Source: the human T2T-CHM13v2.0 reference genome, Homo sapiens. From it: a DNA stretch of 64,000 nucleotides. A program made the translations under genes and the position numbers. Below, piece after piece: positions 13,472 to 23,790 of the stretch. Below the pieces are notes generated by a model. That model was not told where the DNA came from. It saw only the letters and a program-made list of their open reading frames with translations, and did no database searches. The DNA lies in the NCBI RefSeq assembly GCF_009914755.1, contig NC_060938.1; one strand, 5' to 3'. Every line of letters begins with the position of its first letter. Positions within the stretch are counted from its first letter, which is position 1.

Positions 13472-14441
13472 TTAATCAAAATAGGAACCATTACAATCAA
13501 CACGTTTTTGCCAATGAGAAATAAGTTTGTTTATTCTTACGGCATAAAAATCTATGCTTTGGGATTCGATGAACTTTTAGAAAGCATTTTCTGCATCCTG
13601 CTGGTTGTGGAAACGTTTTCCCTTCAAAAAGTTGTCGAGATGCTTGGAGAAGTGAGTCAGTTGGCGAGAGGTCAGGTGAATATGGCAGATGAAGCAAAAC
13701 TTTGTAGCCTAATTCATTCAACTTTTGAAGCGTTGGTTGTGCGACGTGCAGTCAGGTGTTGTGGAGAAGAATTGGGCCCTCTCTGTTGACCAATGCTGGC
13801 TGTGGGTGTTGCATCTCATCGATTTGCTGAGCATTTTTCTCAGATGTAATGGTTTCACTGGGATTCAGAAAGCTGTAGTGAATCAGACCGGCAACAGAAC
13901 CCCAACAACAGAACCCCAAACAGTGACCATGACTTTTTTGGTGCAAGTTTGGCTTGGGAAGTGCCTTTGGAGCTTCGTCTTGGTCCAACCACTGACGTGG
14001 TTGTCGCCGGTTGTTATATAAAATCCACTTTTCATCGCACGTCATGATTCGATAGAGATATGGTTCACTGTTGTTGCGTAGAATAAGAGAAGATGGATTT
14101 TTTTTCACCTTTCCAATTTGCTTCAAATGCCAAATTACTGTAGAATGGTCGACACTGAGTTCTTCAGCAACTTCTCATGTAGTTGTAAGAGGATCAGTTT
14201 TGATGATTGCTCTCAATTGGTCTTTGTCAACTTCCGATGGCCAGCCACTATGCTCCTCATCTTCAAGGCTCTCGTTTCCTTTGCAAAACTTCTTGAACCA
14301 CCACTGCACTGTATGTTTGTTAGCAGTTCCTGGGCCAAATGCATTACTGATGTTGTGAGTTGTTTCTGCTGCTTTACAACCCATTTTGAAATTGAATAAG
14401 AAAATCACTTGAATTTGCTTTTTGTTTAACATCATTTCCAT
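13472..14441 (-). pseudogene. Hsmar1 transposase pseudogene (frameshifts, stops, internal deletion)
   Basis: ORF pieces MEMMLNKKQIQVIFLF...WFKKFCKG, IMTCDEKWILYNNRR and PYSPDLSPTD; ends in codons for NGSYFD-stop at 13472. Confidence 0.93.
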
Positions 14442-14549
14442 AGTCTAAAATAAATATAAAATAAACAGCAAGTAGTAAGTCATTAGCAAAAAAAACATAA
14501 AGCAAGAAATGCAAGTTAAAATTATGTATAACATAACCATATTTATTTA

Positions 14550-14940
14550 TTTATTTACTTATTTATTTATTTTAAGTTCTAGCATACAGGTGCAGAACGT
14601 GCAGGTTTGTTACATTGGTATACATGGACCATGGTTGTTTGCTGCACCCGTCAACTTATCATCTAGGTTTTAAGCCCCACATGCATTAGGTATTTGTCCT
14701 AATGCTCTTCCTCCCCTTGCCCCCCACCCCCCAACAGGCCCCGTTGTGTGATATTCCCCTCCCTGTGTCCGCGAGTTCTCATTGTTCAACTCCCACTTAT
14801 GAGTGAGAATATGTGGTGTTTGGTTTTCTGTTCCTGTGTTAGTTTGCTGAGAATGATGGTTTCCAGCTTCATCCATGTCCCTGCAAAGGACATTGAACTC
14901 ATTCTTTCTTATGGCTGCATAGTATTCCATGGTGTATATG
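14550..14940 (-). mobile_element. 5'-truncated L1PA (about L1PA8) 3'UTR inserted in the Hsmar1 5' UTR
   Basis: Antisense L1 3'UTR; TSD cataacca(t/c)atttattta at 14532-14549 and 14941-14958. Confidence 0.9.
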
Positions 14941-15057
14941 CATAACCACATTTATTTAAGAATGTATTCCAATATCAAATGGCAAATTTCAACAATGCAA
15001 AAACTGCAATTACTTTTGCACCAGCCTGATACATAACCTTGGACAAATGCCTCAACC

Positions 15058-15240
15058 CAGTGTTTTTCAAACTATAGCATGACCCAAGGGTCTCAGTATG
15101 ACTTGTTAAAATACAGATTTCTGGGCAGCACCCCCAGAGTTGCAGATTCCATAGGGTGGGGTCTGAAAATGTGCATCTCTAACAAGTTCCCAGGGGAAAC
15201 TGGTGGTGCTGGTCCAAGGACCCCACTTTGGGAACCACTG
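15058..15240. mobile_element. MER5A-like hAT MITE
   Basis: Termini cagtgtttttcaaac...tttgggaaccactg; internal tgcatctctaacaagttcccagg. Confidence 0.8.
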
Positions 15241-16127
15241 GGCCTTTCTGGGCCTCAGTTTCCAAATCAATAAAATGAAAAAAGAAACCAGATAATCTCT
15301 AAGCTCCAACTTCTCCTAAATCTCTATGAAACAAACAACTGGGGAAAGCAAGGACTGGATCACAAAGAATGTTGTATTCCACAGCATCATGGACAGCTGT
15401 GTGCTGCCTATAATTTTAGGAGGTGACTGTGCAAACACACTGCCAGGGAGGACTGTACTCCAGTGATTCCACCAATTCACCGAAGGCCAGAAAGCAAGAC
15501 AGGGTTGTGAGTGATGCGTCCGGGGAGCCAGCAACGGGTGCTTCCTCCCCACTCATTAAAAAAGGAAAAAAGAGAAAACTGCAGGAAACATCAACAATAT
15601 CATTGGTCAAAAATGATGCTAATTTGATAAGAATCCCAGTCAATTTGTGAGGAAGTGCAGCCACAAGAGACTGAGGAAAGATACTCTATTTTATGATTCT
15701 GGGGACGGGAGGACCATTTGAAAGGATATACATTATCCTGTTTGAACTTTAAACGCAAAGTCAATTGTTAGTTTTTGTCACCCTTGGCCACTTTCATCTG
15801 CTATTAAATGAGCATATTGACTATGATTGTCTTCTTGGTAGGAAAATGAAACTGAAAACAACCATAAAAAAGTACATGTAAACTCCAGAGCCCATTGAAG
15901 GGTCTGAGAGTCCTGTGCTCACTTTTATACTTGTTAGTTTATGTAAGTAAAGAAAGTAAAAATTTTTGAGTCTTTTAAATTCCTTGACTATCCAGACCAT
16001 TACCCCTGCATTTGTTAATAAATATACATCTCTTGTAACCATAACGTGAGTGCAACAGAGTGTATTCAAGTGATATAGTTAAGTACCTGTGAGCAAATTT
16101 AAAGATGTATTTTATTTATACTTAGTC

Positions 16128-16180
16128 GTTTATACATGTATAATAAACCTATAAGTTTATATATGTATAATAAACCTATA
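16128..16180. repeat. 27-bp AT-rich tandem duplication
   Basis: gtttata(c/t)atgtataataaacctata present twice. Confidence 0.85.
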
Positions 16181-16349
16181 TAATAAGAAAAACTTATTTT
16201 TATATAGTATTCATATACTACCTCATCTACAATGTCTCCTTGATCCCTCAAAATCAGTTTCATAGTAAAAAAAAAAAAACTTACTTTTAGATGAAAATCT
16301 TTTTTAATATACATGCATATTCAATTACTCCTATGGTTAAAAATATTAC

Positions 16350-16560
16350 TTTGGAGTGAGGCCAACCTAAGTTCAAAGTTCGGTTCCACCATTTGGTAGC
16401 TAAGAGAGGTTGGGCAAGTTACTTAACCCTTTTGAACCTCAGTTTCCTCCCAGGGAAAATGGGGATAAAAAAATCTTATCTTGTAGGGTTATTATGAAGA
16501 TTACCTGAATTAATAATGTAGAATAAAGCACAGCATTTATAAAATGATGGTCATTATTAT
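16350..16560 (+). mobile_element. MIR
   Basis: ttgggcaagttacttaaccc...cctcagtttcctc. Confidence 0.75.
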
Positions 16561-17074
16561 AAAACAATGTGACTGTTTTTGTTAAAAGTTTAATAAATTA
16601 TGTATGGAAGCGCTAATAAATATTAATATAATCAGTTTCCAACTTAAAAAATTAGGTCTTTATTTCCAAGGTTAAACTCACAAATAATGTAGAACTTAAC
16701 AGATTATAGGAGGGAAAATGTTGCTAACTGTGGTAACCTAACAAGCAATGCCCATCTCCTAAGAAAAACAGGAAAATCTTATGTATTTGCTAGTTGGTCT
16801 TTCCTCTTAGACCTTCAGCCATAAATTACATCTAATGATTCATGTTTGAAATGGCTTTTTTTGGCTGAATCTCTGACCTTAACTACTAGTTCTTTAGATT
16901 CTTTCACCACCATGTACTGCATGAAGTTCTACCACCTATTTGCTATTTCTGTACACGTGCCCTTTTCCAGAAATCACCTGGGCATAAGTGCCTGGCACCA
17001 TTCAGTCGCATTTAAAGACAGCTCAAAGCACTGAATTCACCTACGGGATAAAAAGGATGCAAAAATACCCAGGG

Positions 17075-19495
17075 TTTTCAGATTCCACACCTAAGTGAGA
17101 TCATGCGGTATTTGTCTTTCTCTGCCTGGCTAATAAGCTCACTATTAGCTTATTAGCTAATAAGTCCTCCAGGTTCACCCATGTTGTCATAAATGGCAGA
17201 ATTTCCTTCTTTTTATAGCTGAATAATATTTCAGTGTACATATATATATACAGATATACACACCACATTTTTAATGTCCATCCATTGGTTGATGGATACC
17301 GAGGTTGTTTCCATATCTTGGCTATTGTAAATAATGCTTCAATGAATATTGGGGTGCAGATATCTGTTTGATATGCTGATTTTGTTTATTTTGGACATCT
17401 ACCCAGAAGTGAGATTGCTAGATCTTATGGCAATTCTGTTTTTAGTTTTTTGAGGAACCTCCACACTGTTTTCCATAATGGCTGTACCAATTACATTCCT
17501 ACCAACATCATCCCTACAAGGGTTTCCTTTTCTTCACAACTTCTCCCACATTTGTCTGTTGTCTTTTTGATAATAACCATTTTAACAGGTGTGAGATGAT
17601 ATCTCATTGTCATTTTTATTTGTATTTTCCTAATGATTAGTGATGTTGAAAGCCTTTCCATATACCTGATGGTCATTTGTACATCTTTTTTGAGAAGTAT
17701 CTATTCAGTTCCTTTGTCCATTTAAACAAAATTTTTTTCTTAGATCTGGAAAGCCCACTTTTTAATTGAGTTTTTTTTTTTACTATTGGTTATAGAAGTT
17801 CTTTATATATCTTAGATATTAACTCTTTATCAGATATATGAGTTACAAATATCCTCTCCCATTCTGTAGGCTGATTTTCACTCTGTTGATTGTTCCTTTC
17901 TTGTGCAGACGGTTTTTAGTTTGAGGTAGTTGCACTTGTCTATTTTTGCTTTTGTTGCCCGTGCTGTTGGTATTGTATCCAAGAAATCATTGCTGAGGCC
18001 AATGCCGAGAAGCTTTTCCCCTGTTTTCAAAAGTCTATTAGTTTTATAGTTTTAGGTTTTTGTATCAAGTCTTTAATCCATTTAATTGATTTTTGTGTAT
18101 GGTATAAGGTGAGGATCCAATTTTATTCTTTTGCATGTAGATATCCAGTTTTCCCAACAACATTTATTGGCGAGGCTATCTTTTTCTTACTGTATATTCT
18201 TGGCCTTTGCTGAAGATCATTTGATCATAATATATGTGTGGGTTTATTTATGGCCTTTCTTTTCTATTCCAACCCTCTATACATCTGTTTTTATGCCAGC
18301 ACCACACTGTTTTGATGATTGTAGCTTCGTAATATATTGTGAAATCAGGAAGCATGATGCTTCCACCTTTATTCTTCTTTCTCAAAACTGCATTGTCTAT
18401 TTGGGTCTTCTGTGGATACATATGAACTTTAGGATTTTTTTCTATTTTTGTTAAGACTGACATTAGAATTTTGATAGGGCTTACATAGAATTTGTAGATC
18501 ACTTTTGATAGTATGATATTTTAACAATATTAGTTCTTTCAGTCTATGAACACAGGATATCTTTCCATTTATTTGCATCTACTTTAATTTTTTTCATTAG
18601 TGTTTTATAGTTTCCAATGTACTAGCCTTTCACTCACCTCCTTGGTTACGTTTATTCCTAAATATTTTATTCTTTTTGGTGCTATCATAAATGGGATTGT
18701 TTGCCTAATTTCCTTTTTGGATAATTTGTTGTTTGTATATAGAAATGCAATTGATTTTTATATGTCAATTTTGTATCCTGAATCTTTATTGAATTTGTGT
18801 GTTAGTTTTAATAATCTTTTGGTGGTCCCTTTAGGGTTTTCTATATATAAGATTATGTCATCTGCAAACAGAGATAATTTCACTACCTTCTTTCTAATTT
18901 GGATGCCTTTTATTTATTTTCTTGCCTAATTGTCCTGGCAAGAACTTCAAATACTACGTTGAAGAGAAGTGGTGAGAGTGTGCATCTTTGCCTCATTTTA
19001 GATCGTAGAGGAACCACTTTCACCCTTTCAGAATTTTATATGATGTTAGCTGTGGACTTTACATATATGGCCTTTATTGTGTTAACTTCCTTTTATCCTA
19101 ATTTGTTGAGAGTTTTTATCAATAAAGGGTGTTGCATTTTGTCAAATGCTTTTTCCACATCTATTGAGATGATGATGTGATTTTTATCCTATATTTTGTT
19201 AATATGGTGTATCAAATTGATTTATTTGCATATGTTGAATAATCTTTGCATCCCAGGGATATTTTACTCCATCATGGTATGTTTTACTCCATCATGGTAT
19301 ATGATCCCTTTAATGTGCTATTCAATTTGGTTTGCTAATATTTTATTGAGTATTTTTGTATCCATTGTCTTCAGGTATATTGGCTTGTAGTTTTCTTTTC
19401 GTGTGGTCTTTTTGGCTTTGTTATCAGGGTGATGCTTGCCTCATAAAAAGAATTTGAAAGAAGATCCTGTTCTTTTTTGGAAGAGTTTAAGAAGG
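17075..19495 (-). mobile_element. L1MA-type LINE fragment (3' half of ORF2 plus start of 3'UTR)
   Basis: Degenerate ORF2 peptides on the minus strand ([15 protein letters not shown]; GSIMLPDFTIYYEATIIKTVWCW). Confidence 0.9.
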
Positions 19496-19644
19496 AGTAT
19501 ATAAATACCATCAACTCCCCTCTTCTGAGATACTATAAAGACTTTGGCAAGTGGTGATCTCTCTTTTATTGAAGTAAGTCTAATAAACTTAACTGTGCTT
19601 GATTAACAGGATTTTTAGTTGTGTTTTGTGGAGTCAACAGTTGA

Positions 19645-19790
19645 CATGCCAGTATTATATCCATATTTTACAAATGAAGAAACTGAGGCACAGAAAGGTG
19701 AACTAACTTTCAAAATGTTTCAAAATCACATGGCAGAGCTGGGACTAAAACTCAGATATTTCAGACACTGAAGTCCAATCTCTTAGGCAG
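19645..19790 (-). mobile_element. MIR
   Basis: ttttacaaatgaagaaactgaggcacagaaagg. Confidence 0.75.
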
Positions 19791-20323
19791 TCAGTGGAAG
19801 CTATAAATGGAAAGTCAGGAGTTTGGACATTTTTGGTACCCAAAGGGATATTCAAAGCCCCCCTCCTAAAGCCTTCCAGTCCCCTGCCCTGCTTAGGACC
19901 TCTCTCTACAATATCACTGGCATGTGGCCATGTACCTTCTGTTTTAATGTTTCCAGCTATAGGTCCCATCTGACTCAGAGGGCAGCCCATTGCCTGACTC
20001 AACTGAATGAGGCACTCTTTAGCACTGGGTATTTATAAAGGAAAAGAAGCCCACTTTAGAAGCATGGACCTATCCCATGTCCCCCCAGCCCTGGCACAAG
20101 AATAGAAGATGGTCACAATCCAGGATCCTTCTGCTTGGAATGGCATTGGCTTGTGGTGGCATGACTTTAATTACTCTGTCTAAACCATGGTTCAGCCTGG
20201 CAGGTCCCCTTGTTTCTCATTCTTTGGTGTGCAGGAGAGTAGAGATGAACCTTTGGGAATCTCCTAATAGCACTAACCATAGCACTCCCTGTTAGTGCCC
20301 AGGCCTCAGATTTTTATGCTGAG

Positions 20324-20707
20324 TGATATAGTTTGGATGTTTGTCTCCTTCAAATATTGTGTTGAAATATGATCCCCAATGTTGGAGGTGGGCCCTTGTG
20401 GGAGGTGTTTGGGTCATGGGGATGGATCCCTCATGAATGGCTTGGTAATAAGTTGCCACCAGATATGACTGTTAAAAATAATCTAGGCCCTCCCCACTCT
20501 CCTATGCTCCCTTTCTTACCATGTAATATGCCGGCTCCCCTTCACCTTCTGCCATAATTACAAGCTTCCCGAGACCTCACCAGAAGCCAATGCCAGCATC
20601 TTGTTTCTTGTACAGTCTGCAGAACTGTGAGCCAAATAAACTTTTTTTCTTTATAAATTACCCATCCTCAGGTATTCCTTTATAGCAATGCAAAATGGAC
20701 AAACACA
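20324..20707 (+). mobile_element. MST (MSTB-like) MaLR solo LTR
   Basis: TG...CA ends, tgatatagtttggatgtttg start, aataaa; 5-bp TSD ctgag/ttgag. Confidence 0.88.
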
Positions 20708-21230
20708 TTGAGTCTCCAGACTTCTGTTCATCAGATCACAGCCAGCCTCCCACTGATCCTTTCCCCAAGGCTATCACCTCAGAAGCAGGGAGCAGGGGAG
20801 GTGGTGGTGAGGCATGGAGGGAGGTACAACTCATTGACGTATTTCCTCTGAAACCCAGGCAAAGAATTCAGGGAATAATTCATCTGACCATTTCTTTTTA
20901 AAATTTAATAAGTAAGAACACTCTTCTGGCTAAGTCTTGCTCACTGGTACAAAGTTAACTTTTAATACATGATCACTTTGAGGCCAAAATATAATTAAAA
21001 ATTCTTTGGTTTCTATCTTCTCCAAAGGGGATAAACATACACAGAAGAATATGATCATACATGGAACAATATTTGATTTGTCTTTTTTCACTCTAACCTC
21101 AAGATTAGAAATTCACCCAGATGATTTTAAGAAGAATTCACTACCTAAAAGATACTAGCTTAACTCCCAAATTCACATAAACCATAAATCTGAGGATGAA
21201 GTCTTCCACCAAAACTATTAATTTTTAAAT

Positions 21231-21310
21231 AAAGGGTAGAGGTTTGTAGAACAAACCTCTACATACCTCTAAAGGGTAGAGGTATGTAGAACATACCTCT
21301 ACATACCTCT
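21231..21310. repeat. 2 x 40-bp tandem repeat, each unit containing a 12-bp perfect hairpin
   Basis: aaagggtagaggt(t/a)tgtagaaca(a/t)acctctacatacctct present twice. Confidence 0.95.
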
Positions 21311-21929
21311 CTCCAAGTTTCTATTCATTCATCTAACAAATTAAATCCACCAAACTATAAATCAACCCAGGCTACAGTGTTTCATCTCCTCCATAAGAAT
21401 TTCATTGAAACTGATCAAAATTCTAGCCGAAATTCAGAAAAACTCGATATCTGTTTTTCACTGGTCTTTAATGCTAATGATCCTCTTGGAAGAGAGAACA
21501 CAAGGTCTATCTGAAATGATTTGTTCATAGTAAGCCCAGGTCTACCCCATGTACTTAATAATAATTTCCATAATTTTTCCATACATAGATCTCACTCAGC
21601 TCTCTGAAATAAAATTTATCCAGGTCCAGAGATTTGAACTTAGTTTCAGAAACTAAGTACATTCTCATTGCCTCCTCCCAAATCTAGTGCTTCACTTTGC
21701 TCTTTAACCAGTATCGTTATTTTCTGAGTTTGAACTAGGGTGGTGGTGATGGGAATGGGAATACAGTGTCAATATGATAGAAAAATTGGAGAGAGAATAG
21801 GCACAGCATGGCAAGTGATTAAATGTGGGGGTGTGAGTGTGACAAAAATGACCAGCTGATGGTCAAAATTCACACTCTTCTAAGAGCATTGTCAAGAAGT
21901 GACTGTACAGACAGTATTGTCAACAGGTA

Positions 21930-23170
21930 ACATTTCCCAGCCCTCCTGGTACCTCAGTGGGGCTACATAATGAGCTTTTGCTATTAAAATGTGAAACAAA
22001 GTGATGTGTGTTGCTTGTGGATCAAAATGGTTAAAAAGTGGATGAAAAAATCTCTCCATGATGAAAATTGCCCCATCCACCACTGAATAGAAAAGAATTC
22101 TAGGGTCCTAGAGAGGATACTTTTGAGGACACTTTCAAGCCTATGTCCTTGAATGGCCATGTGGACATTCCTCCCAACCCAGAACACTGATGTTGTACTT
22201 TACATGAGTGAGACTGTAAACCAAAAAGTATCTGAGACAAGTCTCAATCAATTTCAAAGTTTATTTTGCCAAGGTTAAGGACAAGCATGTACACAGCTTT
22301 AGGAGGTCCTGAAAACATGTATCAAAGGTAGTTGGGTTACAGCTTGATTTTATACATTTTAGCAGGGACAGGAGTCACAAGCACACATCAATTAATACAT
22401 GTAAGGTATACATTGGTTTGGTCCATAAAGATAGAACAACTCAAATGGTGGGGGCAGGGTGACCTCCAGGTCATAGGTGGATTCAAAGATTTTCTTATTG
22501 GTGATTGGTTGAAAGACTTAAGTTATTATCTAAAGACCAGGAGTCAATGAAAAGGAATGTCTGGGTTAAGATAAGGGGTTGTGGAGACCAAGGTTCTTAT
22601 TATGCAGGTGAAGCCTCCAGGTAGCAGGCTTCAGAGAGAATAGATTGTAAATGTTTCTTATCAGACTTAAAAAGGTACCAGACTCTTTATCTCTCTAGGA
22701 TCAGGAAAAGACCTAGAAAGGGGAGGACATTCTCTACAGTATGTAGATTTCCCCCACAAGAGACATCTCTGCAGGGCCATTTTAAAATACATCAAAGAAA
22801 TATATTTCAGGGTAAAATATTTTTATTTCTGTCAGGGCCTGCTATCTGTCATTTAGTGATGTATTTTATTACTACAGAGAGTCTGTTTGGTCAGTCTTAA
22901 GATCTCTGTTTTGATGTTAATGCTGGTCAGTTGTCCCTGAATTCCAAAGAGAGGAGGGTATAATGAGGCATGTCCAAACCTCATTTCCCATCATGGCCTG
23001 AACTAGTTTTTCAGATTTACTCTGGAGTGCCCTTGGCAAGACGGGGTCCACTCAATTGGTTAGGAGGCTTAGAGTTTTATTTTTGGTTTACAAGACATAA
23101 ATCACTATTGTGGTAAGCCACTAAGATTTTTGGGTTTACTAGTTATAGCAACTATTGTTATCATTATTAA
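21930..23170 (+). mobile_element. MLT1 LTR remnant split by a MER4-family LTR
   Basis: catttcccagccctcctgg at the 5' side; gtaagccactaagatttttgggtttactagttatagca at the 3' side. Confidence 0.6.
22215..23092 (-). mobile_element. MER4-family (ERV1) solo LTR
   Basis: 13-bp inverted termini tgtaaaccaaaaa/tttttggtttaca; 4-bp TSD agac at 22211-22214 and 23093-23096; gtttattttgccaaggttaagg motif. Confidence 0.9.
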
Positions 23171-23589
23171 AACAGACATGGACATGAAAAGTTATAAACA
23201 CTTTTTAGTCTATGGGGGCATCCAGCAATTTGGAGAATGGTGGCACTATTTTCAAATAATGAAAAGTATCAGGAGGAGGGCCATCTAGGAGGGAGGTATC
23301 TATTCCCAGCTGAAAGCATCATCGTGTGAGGGGAGTGCCGCAAACTGGGAATAAGAAAGCTTACTGCTAGACTCAGCTACTCCCCTTAAAAAATATATCC
23401 TCAAAAAAGTCACTTAACTTTTCAGCCTCAATTTCCTCATCTGAGGGATAATATATGAGGACAAGTATTACAAATAATACAAAGATATGCCAACGTAAAA
23501 TATCATTATTATAATGTTATCATTTACTTTTAAAACCATAGGGGAACTCACAGATCATTTCAGTAAGAAAAATACTAAATCTTTAGCAG

Positions 23590-23790
23590 TTACTGTAACT
23601 GGGCACTGCATTAACTCATAATTTTCATGACATAGATACTATTATTATCATCATTGATTTGCAGATGAAAAAAATTGAAACAAAAATGGGTTTAGTAATT
23701 TTCTCAAGGTCACATCACTGATAAGCAGAAAAGTAGGGATCAAACCCAGACAGTCTGGCTCCCAAATCTGTGCTCTCCACCACCATAAAG
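23590..23790 (-). mobile_element. MIR
   Basis: ttgcagatgaaaaaaattga...caaggtcacatc...gggatcaaacccagacagtctggctcc. Confidence 0.7.

Larger units (their letters stand above)
13407..15031 (-). mobile_element. Hsmar1 mariner DNA transposon, near full length, interrupted by L1
   Basis: Recognisable TIR aaaactgcaattacttttgcaccagcctga followed by TA at ~15000-15031; degraded TIR at ~13407; transposase homology throughout. Confidence 0.95.

Noticed and set aside
19261-19300. Short tandem duplications (also 1947-1978, 13892-13920 and 32348-32392)
   Set aside because: Ordinary slippage products with no further structure.
19500-19625. Possible ERV LTR 3' fragment (TATA, aataaa, ending ttgaca)
   Set aside because: Too short for me to assign a family confidently without Dfam.
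21231-21310. CRISPR-like palindromic repeat array
   Set aside because: Only two abutting units, no unique spacers, and a eukaryotic context with no cas genes.
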